Source of the DNA: Ostrea edulis
Lineage: Eukaryota
Assembly: GCF_947568905.1 (NCBI RefSeq)
Contig: NC_079166.1
Location: forward strand, 7,378,001-7,442,000
DNA: 64,000 nucleotides
Direction: 5' to 3'
Numbering within the stretch: position 1 is the first letter of the stretch; each line of letters starts with the position of its first letter. Made by a program: the position numbers and the translations under genes. This document shows positions 22,742 to 35,782 of the stretch, piece by piece. A model generated the notes under the pieces. That model did no database searches, was not told the DNA's origin, and saw only the letters and a list, made by a program, of their open reading frames with translations.

Positions 22742-25700
22742 CTAATGGCTTTCAATTAATACATCCAACTGTTCCTGCTTTGGTTCAGAGAGTTCTAGCA
22801 TACATGCTTTCAGTATGTGTTTACCAAGGCCAAGGTACAACCAATGTAAAATTCCTACTGGAATATCCCTATAGCATAAAAAACCCAGAGAATAACAAAC
22901 AAGTTATTTAATTAGGCATGATTTATTGTAACCCTTTGTAACTGTACAACCTGGGTTGGTCATTGTAATGTTAGCAATTAACACAGGTTATGTGATAAAT
23001 AAAATTATTTTATATTACAACTCATGAAAATTGCATTAATTAGAATTGATCGTGACAGTACATTTCCTATAATTCACGTTCTGCATAAAGCAACTCCAAA
23101 TTACATGCATATCAATCTGCAAGAGACAGCGTAATTAAGGAAGAAAAATTACCTGTGTGGATCAATAATATCCCAAAATGGATTTTCAGATGGTTTTAAT
23201 CCATGAGCCTGTCTCAACTCTCTGCTGTTGTTAATGGATAAGTGGTTTAGTATTCTTCTGGTATCTTCAGACTGTCTTACCATTCCTTTTGAAATGCAGG
23301 TTTCTTTATCAGCCTATAATTGAGTTTAATACTATCAAAATTCATAGTTTAATAGAATTCATATATGGACAGTTTAATCTACATTAAGGAAGTACATCAA
23401 CATTACCCTTAAAGATACCCACTTAAAGAAAATTGTTAAAGAAACAAAGTTTTCATTCCTACTAATGAAAGATTCCAAGGTTATTGTCTGGATCTGATCT
23501 TTATAAAGAACAAGAGGCCCAGGGGCCTTATAGGTCACCTGAGTATCATGTAACAACCTTCCAATGTTTGAATTAGGCTTGTGTTTATATATAAGAATTT
23601 TACTTTTGGATGGAAGAAACATTGAATAGCTATGTGGTCAGCCACGCCTTTGCACCAGAACCCCTGAAAAACTACTGTAAAAAGTAGACTTAAGAAAAGA
23701 AAAATTCACTAGGGGACATAACTTACATAACATCTAGGACAGAATTTTTTGGTGTTTGCTCCCATGTGGTTTGTGGCTTCTGCCATCATATTAAAATCAC
23801 AAACGCACACTGCAATGCAGTGAATAACAGTCACCTTCTCTCCTCTTTTGGCATCAAATGTTGACACACCTCTAGAAGTTGATTAGAAGTTCAGGCTAAT
23901 ATTTTAATAAGCTACATTTTAAGACCTCAATCATCAATTATTAACTAAAATAAAAGAATTTGTTCAATATTTAGAAATGCACTACTTCTTTACTGAGCAT
24001 TAATTATAATCTAAGCAAATTTTAAAATTGTTTTAAAAAGAGAATAAGTTTCTTAAACCTAGACAAGGACTTGCCTTTCTGATTCTTTTATGTCAGAAAT
24101 GACAGCACGGGCCATTTCAAGAATGGGCACATCAGTAGAAGCTGCTACAAATTTAATGGACTGTGGATTCTGCTTTAGATTTGTTGGAAGTCCAGCAAGT
24201 TGTAGTTGGAGACAGTGGAGAGGTTTCCATTTTTTGGATTTGTTGGCACTTGTGTCATCCATGAACAAATTAATTGGAATTGGAAATGAAGGAATGGATC
24301 TGTTTTGGACTCTTTTACCAATGATACTGGTTTTTTTCCTAAATGATTAAAAAGGTACTAGTGTATGTTTTATATTCTCATAACCAGTTCATAATGTAAT
24401 AAACAATGTGCACAATAGCTAGTACACAGAACAAAATCAATGTTTTCCAAATGATGTCGGAAGACCTTAATAACAATTTAAAGTTCACCATTAACACTCT
24501 CTATGATTATGCAGTAAAACATGCTTATAATTAAGTGCCAGGGATGGATGACATTACTTTGCTATCAGAGTGTACTTCGTTATATTCTTTAAGTTTACAA
24601 TATATTTTAAAGTCATGGGGAGAAATGAAAATCATTTCACTGAAAGCATCAAATCATTATAAGCGTGTTTGCTGCATGTTTTACTGTATACAAATCAAAA
24701 TATTATTTTCATCACATTGGGCTATAATGCCTGTAATTTATTTTCACTTAATTAGGATTGTGAAATGTTTTCTTGAAAATCATAAACAGAAGTGTAAGAG
24801 CATAATAAAAAAAAATTCATCAGAAAATAGTGTCTTTAAAAAATGCTTACAGTTTCTGTAAGAAGTATCACATTGTCATTGACTGTTTTGTAGAATGAAT
24901 AACTAGTGACATCTATCTGAGACAAGTTACAGATATTCCACCTCTTTTCTGTTTCCAAACAAACCAAACTACAAATAAAGTGTACATATATTGTCATTTT
25001 TCAATGAAGATTAAAATGACAAGTTCTGCCCTTTTATTCATGTCTCCTAATCTAATTTAACAAATTTCATTGGAGTATTTGAACTTATTTTAATACAAAC
25101 CTGTTTTCAGCAGCACTTTTCCTAAACATTTTCACTCTAGCATATGTAATGTCATACTGCAAAGTTCAAGATACTGTGGTTAATATCATAATGGTATTAA
25201 AGAAGGATATTCAAAGCTTTAAGCAGTGTGCAATTCATTTTTTAAGTGAATAATTGAAAAATAATAAAATTGAACCATTTAACATATTTTTTAAAAATCA
25301 ATATTGTATGAAATAGTGCTAAGTATGCAAAACTAATACTTGAATGTCTTGAAGGAATGAAGATATTTGTCCAATCTCTTGGTTGTCTGGATCATTTAGG
25401 TGAACAAAATCCCCTAAAATTAGAAAACTACAAATAACAGAATGTAAAATATCGATCTACATTTGGAAAATGTATAAAATTCAAAGACAGGTTCTAAGCT
25501 ATACATATAGACAAACAGATGAATAACTAACACATATGGTCAAAAAGCTTCTTGAATGTAAGCTGGTGAGCTAAAATATGAAACATAAATAGTTAAAAAA
25601 ATATTAATACACTTTCTCATTACAATATCATTGCATAAATTTACCTGAAAACAAAAGTGCCTGTCCGTTTCTGGCATACTGGGTATGAATGTCATGAACC

Positions 25701-28276
25701 CATTTAAATCCATCAGTCTGCTCTTGCAACAATGTTTGACCATCAGATGATATTCGACCATATCTTAAAGGAGAATGACATTTCAATGTGTACATGTTAA
25801 CTATAAGTAATGCCAATGCAAAAGCAGAACTCTTACAGCTTAAGGCACTATTTTTCAGGTGATAGTGGAAATTAAAGAAAAGACATATGCTTGCTCATCA
25901 GTGGCACATAGCGAGAACATGAACCTTTTAAAGTGCATCACAAAAGAAAAAGAAAAAAATTGAATTTGGCTTATTTGTATGTGCATGTGTACCTTAACAG
26001 GTTTGCAGCAGTTTCAGAATATGACAATGACATCTTCAACACTGCTGATGGCTTTATTATCCAAAAAGGATTTCCATCTGGACTTTCTTCCTACAACACA
26101 GAGTAGCTCCCTTAGCCATTTTATTACATCTTATTTCATTCAATGGAATTGCCCATATATTAAATCTAAAATCTTGAATATTTATAGATAAGACAGTCAC
26201 CTAAGGAAGCCTGACCGGTAAACAAATTATCACTAACTAGCAAAGTGTATAATTGTTATTGTGCATTGAATTACAATAATTATAATGCCCTGAACTACTT
26301 ACGTGAGACAGCATACTTTCTGGTGTCATATCACCACTTATTGTCAAATTCTTCACTGATGAAAAAGAAGGCATGTCTATGCCTCTTTCCTTCATGATAA
26401 ACCAAATGAACTTCGCTGTTTCATCACTCTAGAAATAAATTCATGTGCATTTGAACTTATTCATGTGTTTAATATTTCTTTGAGGTGAACACATATTGTG
26501 TGCAAGTGTCTCATAAGTTATTATAAACATGAACGATATATCTTGACAGATCCACGACAATTTTTAGTGAACTTTGTACTATTCTACCATGTCAGATCTA
26601 TAATTTTACAAATATTGCTTAAGACAATGAATACAAATTCACTTCATATGGTAATATGTTTTTTCTCTTTGACCTACTTTACTAAGAAAAAGGACTATCA
26701 CAAATATTTCGACTGTCCTTAGAGTTAAATTACAGGTGTATATGTATTTTGAGGTTGAATCATGATGTTGAATATTTTTTAACTTACGATCGTATGCGTT
26801 TTTGAATGTAATAAGATGTAAAGATACATCTGCAGCTTCGATGAAAATGGAAACCAATTAGAATTGTCATCTTCAATACCACATGTACTGGTGTCAGATG
26901 ATTCATAGGGAACATCTGAACTTTCCTGATCCGTGAACCCATTATTGGTTTCAAAGCTAGTGGTATTGGAAAAATCCTGAAAGAGTATTTCATAGTGCTT
27001 AAAAAATTAAAAATTATACTTTGTATTTAACAATCATGAACAATTGAAGACGTTAACTTAAATTGGGAATGCACATGTGCATGGGAGCCTTTGGTTCAGG
27101 TGACCTAAAAATATAAAGCCCTTTGAATATGTGTTCAGTTTAAATCAGAGATATTTCCTTTATTTAAAATGCAGTACCGGTACTGTAAAGTAAATTAATG
27201 TTAAATTTTTATGTTATCATCACTATATTTCCTGCAATGTATGTTATGTGATTTATAGTGACTTATGTTGCAGATTTACAGTATATGGTCATAAGTGAAA
27301 ATCATTTTTTTTCTAGGATAATAATTCATTAAAAATTGACTTTCTGAAGAAAAAAGTATTGCAGAGTTATTGTTAGATTTGTCAAGTTATTAGTCAATTT
27401 TATAAATATAGCATCTTGAAATGCAGATTTGTCCCATAATTCAAATTAAGGTAGTACTCTACATTGTCATAATGGCTGACTTCCTTTAAAAATATGGATG
27501 AAAAAATCTATATCAGCAAAATTCGACTTTTCATTTTCCACTTGAATACCTCGCCGAGTAGCTCAGTAGGTTAGAATACTGACTGCTGACCTGAAGGTTG
27601 CAGGTTTGAGTCCAGCAGGGTTTTAAATTTTTTTCAGATTACCTCCCACTAGAAACGGAATTTTTGACAAAATAAAGTAAGTTTGAAAATTTCCAACTTC
27701 TAAATATTGTTGGTATATACTAGTATCCTCCACTTTTCATCTACGTCAAATTTCTCTGGTGTAGCATACCTCCTTAAGTATAATTACATGTACAATGCAA
27801 CTTTAGGTCAATTTTAACAGACACCGTTTTTTTATGATTTTTACTATATTATTTTGAGACTAGATTTTTTCTACTTTATACGTTATACTGAAACGTCTTT
27901 TGGGGCGAACCATCCCGTTAACGGTTACCCTTACTAGGTAGTAGGCACTATCCTTAGGCCTAGGGTAAATTATGAGATTTTCTGATGTCATAATGAAATT
28001 ATGAAAACATTCCTTAGAATAAATTTACTTTGTGCATATTCATCACTTTTAACTGATGTACTGAAAACAAGCAGGATCTCTAACCTGAGTATGTACCGAC
28101 GATGCTGCTGACGGTTTGTTGGTACTGTCACATGTAAATGTCAGTCTCTCGCTGAGAGAAGCTATCTTGGTGTTTCTTACATGTTTTTCGGTGTCATTAT
28201 GTCTTAGTAAGTGGCTTTTCCGTCTTGTAGAAAAGTTACAAGGACTGCAAATTAGATCATCTGCTCGCCTCTTCAT
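22742..28276 (-). CDS. EnSpm/CMC-like transposase with N-terminal C2H2 zinc finger, 13 exons, 565 aa, probably C-terminally truncated
   Basis: Exons 28276-28085, 26976-26788, 26428-26303, 26090-25993, 25763-25645, 25413-25340, 25156-25101, 24968-24851, 24586-24558 (weakest), 24338-24075, 23871-23727, 23313-23153, 22868-22742; every phase joins. Motifs: CSPCNFSTRRKSHLLRHNDTEKH, WFPFSSK, LFMDDTSANKSKKW, VCDFNMMAEATNHMG...FCPRC, DPHRDIPVGILHWLYLGLGKH. Confidence 0.8.
27450..27773. mobile_element. Non-autonomous TTAA-flanked element (Kolobok-like) carrying a tRNA-like segment
   Basis: TTAA at 27446-27449 and 27774-27777; imperfect TIRs GGTAGTACTCTAC / GTAGCATACCTCC; A-box-like and B-box-like segment at 27553-27620. 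Confidence 0.6.
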
Positions 28277-28990
28277 TTCGATTCGCTTATTAGAGATACA
28301 TATCCATCGTGACAGATCGTCTGTTATTCTATAATTAGAAGTCGCGTCATCAAGATGTGGGTAGCACGTGACCTGTGTGTACACAATGATCGTCTGTAAG
28401 TTGAAGTATCGCGGGAAATATTGTCTATAATGCTAAAACGCGGATCAAAAGATCTGCGACCGTGTTCAGGTTTCTGGTTCAGTACCTTCTTTAAGAAATT
28501 CCTCAAAAAAGTTATATGATTCTTGTTTAATATGTCACAAACAGTTATAAAAAAAAGTTTGATGCCACTCTATCTACTATTAAGAGAGAAATCATGCAAA
28601 AATCGTTATCCGGGACTTTCGGCTTTCGGGTTTCGGCCGTACTAAATTTACCACTTGCCGGGAATAGTCCGAACGGGATTTGCGGAAATTGGTTCTTTTA
28701 TGAAATCATGAGACTCTTTAAAGACCTCACACATATTTTTTTAACCGTATATTATCTGTGCATTTAAAAAAGTGTTCCACATATAACTGGTAGTTGTGTA
28801 TTTCTAAAACTGATTTTTTTTAAATTGTAAAAAATCATATTGTAACAGGAATATGTGCTATTAACTTCCCCGTGTTTACATTATCCCTTCGGGTTTCAAT
28901 GTTGACGTATGACGTCACATATACCGTCACATAGCATCTGCTTCGAGGCGAGAAACGTCAAAACAGTGGCCAGACAAGAAATTCTTTGTA

Positions 28991-29389
28991 ATGGAAGGTG
29001 AAATGGATAGTCAACAATCAATTGATCTTTTCCGAGTAAGTATATGCCTACATTTCCTGTACCATGTATTATTTGTAAACCCAAGGGTCAAAAGTATTTC
29101 CTCACTTTTATTTTTAATTACTAGACAAACCTTTATGATATCTCATTCCTTTACAAACCTTCTATTTTAAAATTTTTATAGAACTGTTATCATTATGAAA
29201 TTTTCACAAGATACACAGAATTCCTTCAAAGATTTATGATAAAAGTCAATTTATCTGTTATTTCAGATATTTTTATAGTTAATGCTGCAGTAGAAATGTT
29301 TTAACATTAATGTTTTTAAAATCTGAAGTTTGTAATGAATTATATAGTTAAGATTAACAGTGAAGAAATACTTTTTGACCTTTGAGTGT

Positions 29390-29458
<69 letters not shown>

Positions 29459-31113
29459 TAGTATTTAATGTTTCCTTTAACAAATAATTTTCTTCGAAAT
29501 TTATATCCTAGTAATTTTCATACTAGAACAATTTATGAAATCATATATTGCCTGTATGAGCCCAGTGGGTGGTGGTGGTGGTGTGTATGCATGTTTTGGG
29601 GGAGGAGGTCTGATTGCTTTCCACATGAAAATGTATTTTTAATATATATTCTTATTTATTATACAAATAGGGTTCGCAGTCTGAAGATGCAGAGATTCGA
29701 GCAGAAGAAACAGAACTTCCAGTAATTAACAGACCGGCTCAGCCAACCATGAGATTATTATGTATGGACATTAATTTCATGCATAATATGTAAATAATGT
29801 GTGTGAGAGAGAAAGAGAGGCCCGGGAAGGGAGAAAGAAAATTTTAAATTTAATGTACTATGGTAATTAACATTTTAAACCCCTGCTGTTTACATATTTC
29901 ATGCACAATGTAGCTAGATCAATTATTTGATAGATGAAGAAATTTGCGCTTTGCGGCAAGAAGTTAAAGAACTGAGGAGAGAAATGAAGGAAATGAAGAG
30001 TGCACCGAAAAAAAGTTTTCAAGTGGATGGTTCTAATGTAAAGGTTAGTATAATACATGTATCAATTGAAGAGGAAAAAAATATCAAGATTCATTATATG
30101 TAATGGTACATGTGCAATTTTACAACATTTGTGATCCTAACGTTTTCTCATGCACTTCACCTCGCCTTTCTGGGTTTTTGAAAAAAGCTAGCTTGTACAA
30201 GCATAACCAGTATCAGGGAGAGGGCGTAACAGAACTTTAGCCCAATCCCTTTGTAATTAATAAAATTACAATAAAATATGTTAACATACTTTATTATACA
30301 TACATGTTGAAAAGCATCCCTTTTAAATCTATGAAAAAACTTATCTTTCTATTACAGTTCCATTTTGTAAACCTTGATATACTGTAAATGAAAACTATTG
30401 TGATCAATTACATGTATATTTAGGGTGACTCCACTTAGTGAAAATTTACTAAATCAGTTGCTAATGTACTATTTTTTTTAATTCAGACACCTTTAACAGC
30501 TCTTCTGAAAAGCTTCTTCTTCACAAACTCATGGATTAGAGAAGATGACGAGGATTTAAAGGTATACATATTTTATAAATAACAATCTGTCGGTTTTGCG
30601 GATCACCACACTGTGGTTTTCTTATTCCGTATCAGTATCCTCTGAAATGCAATCACAATGACGCTTGTGTGCAAAAATCATGTTTTATTTACAAATAATT
30701 AATGATTTGTTTTAAATGTTGATATTGCAGTTTTCACTTTCTTATTAATATGGGCCCCTCTGACTGAGACAAATTTTTTTTTGTATACATGTTTTTTTCC
30801 CCCAATTTCTAGTTCAGATAGTACAATATCACTTACCAGGTACATAGAAATTGTAAACAGATGCAGTACTTTTAGAACAGTGAATTTAATCCACACCAAT
30901 ATCAAGAAAACAAGTACATGTTAATCCTTTTACTTTTTATCCTCAGAGACAAATTACATCAGTTCTGGAGGGGTGTGGATGGGAGGCAGACAAAAATGTC
31001 ATCATCACATGTTTCTCATTTGCCTCCCATTCTTTCACCAACTGGAGGAACCAGGTTCGTCAAAAGGTACAGAATTTTACACTAAAAATTAAAATTTTGA
31101 CATATATATATAT

Positions 31114-31147
<34 letters not shown>

Positions 31148-34100
31148 CACATGTGAAATGCAAAATAATTTTAGAAGTTGCAGGAGCGTACAGTATGGCA
31201 AATAATTGTGATACATATTGTCTTAAGTGTCTGACATCTTTAAGATAATGGGGGGGGGGGGTGTTTTGCCCTCTCCCAACTCGGGATAAAAAAAATTTGG
31301 GTTGATAGGTAGGTGGAAAAAAATTCTAGAAAATTTCACGACCAAATTTTGAACTTTCAAAATCTAATAAAATTAAAGGTATAACTAGGATTAAAATCTT
31401 TGTTGACGGGAAGAGAAAATTATGGAATTAATTTAAAAAGTTATTGTTTCCTTGAGGTTAAAAAAGTTTTAAGTAGGGTCATTTTTTGCAAGTTGGTTGG
31501 GATAGGGCAACCAAATAATTTTTAAAGATGGCCTAGGTTTTAGTGTGTTATAAAAATTTGTCCAGTTTCCACAGTTGTCTGTGTTTTGACACATTGAACG
31601 TTCAAAATTTACAATGTAAAACTTCTATTTTCATTAATTTATTGTTTTCTTGATAGATTGATTAAATATCGCTTATTTGATGTAAATTATACACACCACA
31701 CTTATATAGATAAATCAAGGGAACAGCTGTTATTGTTCAACTTGAGCATGAATGTTTTGAATGCCAAAGTATTCAACAGAGTTTATAAGAAAAAATGCAG
31801 ATGGAATGTAAAGATAAGCTAGCCTAATGTAACATCCTACATTTCATTTCTCGAGTCTAAATAATATGAAACATTGTGGCGATATTTTCCTGTTGTTCAT
31901 GTATACATTAAATTTCAGCTAGTGACTCAAGATAAGCGGGTCGAGATGATGCCCATCAACAATCTTCAAAGGTACCTTTTCTCTGCCTTATGGGTGTCGC
32001 CATCTGAATCGGATGTGAAGATTAATTTCAGGGTGACCCTTGCACTGGTAAGGATTGAAATTGTTTTTTACATATGATGTGACTTGAATCACTCGGTTGA
32101 CCTATTGCTATTTGTTTTTGTCCTTCATAGTGTGATGAAAGCATCATAATGCATCCTTTAACATTTGAATATTTTCAACTTTCGCTTTGGAATGACTAAG
32201 CCATGTATATTGTTTCTGATATCTTTATACCCCCCGAACGAAGTTCCGGGGGGGGGGGGATATAGAGGAATCACTCTGTCTGTCTGTCTGTGCAGATTCG
32301 TGTCCGGGCCATAACTTCTTTGTTCTTTGACATAGGCATACCATATTTGGCACACAGGTGGATCACCATGAGACGATAGGTCCAGTACCTTCATGACCTC
32401 TATATGACCTTGACCCTCAAGGTCAAAATTAAAGGGTTTTTTTTTACAATGGATTTGTGTCGGGGTCATAACTTCTTTGTTCTTTGACATAGGCATACCA
32501 TGTTTGACACATGAGTGTATCACCATGAGACGATGTGTCGGTTACCTTCATGATCTCCATATGACCTTGACCTCAAGGTCAAAGTTAAAGGTTTTTACAA
32601 TGGATTCATGTCAGGGCCATGACTTCTTTGTTCTTTGACATAGGCATACCATATTTGACACATGAGTGTATCACCATGAAACGATGTGTCGGGTACCTTC
32701 ATGACCTCCATATGACCTTGATCTTTGACATCAAGGTCAAAATTGATTATAGGGTTTTGACATTGCCATGCTCACAATACCTCTTGTTTGAATATATTGA
32801 ACTTGTTATTTAATTGTATGATAAGAATCAGAGAACAGAAATGAAATATCAAAATCATGCCCAGTCTTATTATTTATATATATATATATTTTTCATTGTT
32901 TTACAGAGGGCTTTCGCAGATGGGCACAGGTTGTTCAAGAACCCAACCACAGCCATAGACTTCTGGCGTGCGTTTAGAAGGAACATTGACACAATGGTAG
33001 GCAATCTTTAAGAAATATCAGAATTATTAGTTTCTGCCCACCTCCCTCCAAAACCAAATTATAGGATGAATCAACTCTAGTATCCACTGTTACAAAAAGC
33101 AGCAACTTTACGGTATGTCTGTGCAAGTGTACCCAGACAGCAACTATATATTGTATTGAGGATATGTCATAATGTTAAACCAAGGTCATTAAGGCAAGTT
33201 CATTATTAGTCACAGAAAATGTTTACGTATAATTCATATACTGTCCATAACTCTCTGAGAAACATTAGAAGTTCCTGCTTTAAAAAAGATTACTTATGAC
33301 CTGGCATTGTGTCATGACCTTGTGTCAAGGTCATTTGTATTAAGTCAAGGCCAGTCTTAGCCTGTCAGGAAATTATGTAATTCCTGCCTTGAAAATTCTT
33401 GTAACAAATACGAATTGCATGCTCAAGGAAACAAATATAATTATATACATTTGTACCACTTGAAGGTAGATCATGACAGAAAAATTTAATGTAAATCTTA
33501 TCAATAACTATGTATGAGAGAAACATTAGATGCATGTACATTGTTGCTTATGACCTATGGTTTTGTAATTATTATCATTGAGCATCATTTAGGCAATATA
33601 AGGTCATTGGTAAAACTGTTCACTTCTTGTCTTTTCCATGACTTTATAACAGTGAAACATACACTGCAAGCCCAGACTTGATACAAAGAAGGGAACCATT
33701 ATTATCTGGGAGTGTCCTAAGTCAAGGTCAAGTACATAACTAGGTCTGACAGCAAAAAGTGTTATTTCTTTTCTAGGGCTTGAAAATTAGAAAGCCCATA
33801 GTAAGAAAACCTTTAAATACGATATGGCCTTATCCAATGGTCATTCAAACAAGGTTTAAGGAAGGAAAATTCTGAATTTCCATTTCAACAGAAAATTTCT
33901 TCAATGAAAGTATTCCATGTATAATGAAAGGATAATGAGCAATTTTGAAGGATTTAGATCAATATAAAAGTTTATTGTTATATAAATGATGAAAGTTGAA
34001 CAAAATGAAATTCACATGATTGGTAAATGATTAGAAGTTGACCTTTTTGCACTTAAGACTTTTTGGAAGAGTTGTCTGCCCTTTGTAAAAATAAGAAAAA

Positions 34101-34676
34101 TCTAATTTTCTAAAAATGTGTGTGGTCAATGATTAATTTTATCTCATATTTTCATAAAAAGAAAGTGCATGTAACTTTCTACCAGAGATTAGTATGAAAA
34201 TATAATTTGTTTTTAAAATATTGTAATAAAACAAGCTTTTCCCATATACTTCAATGTTAAATTATAGGTGAAATAAATCAAACAGTAAAAAAAAAATTGA
34301 AAATTCCTATGGTGGATTATTTTTATTTGATGAGCCCTTCAAAATGATACCATGATTACAAATATTCCACCATCCATTTATTAGATATGAGATATGTTCA
34401 TTATACATTGAATACCTTAACTATTCTGACATCTGTAGATATATTTGTGGAGATTGCTATTTCTAGTTATAAATGTACTTGTTCAGTTTCTAGTTCATCT
34501 TGATAAATTTAGAAAATATTGTTTTTGAAACTGCAGTTGAGCAATCATGTATTTCATTAAAATTATTTACAATTGGTTTTCTTTTCCTTTTGCAGATGAA
34601 ACAGACACCAGATAGATGGGTTGCCCTTGAACAGAGAATGAAAAAGAAAGTTGAACCTTACAATAAAGAAGATTAA
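28991..34676 (+). CDS. Uncharacterised 238-aa protein (putative transposon ORF2), 8 exons
   Basis: Exons 28991-29035, 29671-29721, 29918-30043, 30487-30561, 30947-31066, 31919-32047, 32907-32996, 34596-34676; all GT-AG, all phase 0, no internal stop. Acidic N-terminus, coiled-coil-like EEICALRQEVKELRREMKEMK, helical C-terminal half. Confidence 0.75.
29390..29455. repeat. (CA)n(TA)n microsatellite
   Basis: Direct reading; a further (TA)n run lies at ~31101-31146. Confidence 0.97.
32224..32788 (+). mobile_element. Helentron-associated non-autonomous element (pearl/HINE-like) with internal 151-157 bp tandem repeats
   Basis: 5' TTTATACCCCCCGAACGAAGTTCCGGGG hairpin, (CTGT)n microsatellite, monomers starting at 32310, 32467 and 32618, 3' CCTCTTGTT; lies in ORF2 intron 6. 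Confidence 0.75.
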
Positions 34677-35044
34677 GAAACAGAAAGTGTCCAGTTGTTT
34701 ATTAATCAAAAAAATACCTGGATAATCATACTTATAATGGTACTTCCTCAAAATCCGGGTTCAAATTAAGGAGTTTTAAATAATGAATTTAGATGTAATT
34801 CATTTGCTGCATGATTTTGAGATTGTACTTATTATATCTCTGTATGAATATCATTAACAGTGAAACCTTGATGATCAGTTGTAAATTTAATTATAGACAA
34901 AACTGTAGATATCTGTGAGGAACAAATTGCTGAGCAACACAGAATTTTATGAAACTTTTCATGAAGTTTTTATAAAAATTCAAAGTCCAATTCAAGTACT
35001 AGCATTGAAATGTATACATTACATGGATTTCATATGAAAATATA

Positions 35045-35280
35045 ATGATATTCGCATAATATTCGCATGAATATCGTGCGAAAAACCTTAATAGTAGGTA
35101 ACAATAATATTCGCATGAATATCGTGTGAATTATTTTTCATATGATAATCATGCGAAGTTCACATGAAAATCATATGATTTTTTCATGCGAATATCATGC
35201 GTGGTCCTTTTCGTCTCCTTTTCATGCGAAGAATTCGCATGATATTCATGCGAATTTCATGCGAGCCACTTTTCCCTGTG
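35045..35280 (-). repeat. CACTA-type subterminal repeat array and CACAG terminus
   Basis: More than 10 direct and inverted copies of TTCGCATGA/TCATGCGAA ending ...CACTTTTCCCTGTG; the next bases resume a Naiad-type 3' fragment. Confidence 0.8.
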
Positions 35281-35782
35281 TAGACCATTCTTGGTACACT
35301 GGTTTTGACTACGGATAACTCAACTATCTATTTTGTATTGCTTATAGGAGTCGTGCAGCATTTCCGAAAGATATGCGAGGGAGAGAAAAAAAAGAGCTTC
35401 TCTAATGTAAGTTGACGTCAGTTACAGTCATTTCTATAATGAAAATCTAAAAAAAAAAAATACAGAAACAATAATTTTGATTTAAAAATCATAAAAAGCA
35501 TACTCAACTTCCATGACGCAAGACAGGTTTATATCGAATAAATTAAGATCGCTCCACCCCCATGTGACTCATCGATGACGACGCTTGTTTTGGTGAAGCG
35601 GAGTCGTCGCTGGCAGGATACGTCCTCATTTGTTTAGGTAGAATCTTTGGTTAAACACATTGATGGTCATACACAGCGGTCTGCAGTAGCTGAATTTGGA
35701 ACTCCTGTGTTTGATGATGCTGGGGTGCGCAGGATTTCAAAGTGTGTTTGTATTAATAATAGATATTGAAATACGTGATATA

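Larger units (their letters stand above)
22742..35280. mobile_element. Large EnSpm/CACTA-like DNA transposon (left end not visible)
   Basis: Divergent transposase and second ORF, followed by a TCATGCGAA/TTCGCATGA subterminal array and a terminus reading CACAGGGAAAAGTG on the minus strand at 35280. Confidence 0.65.

Noticed and set aside
27553-27620. Functional tRNA gene
   Set aside because: Acceptor and anticodon stems do not pair, the B box is degenerate, and it sits inside a TTAA-flanked element.
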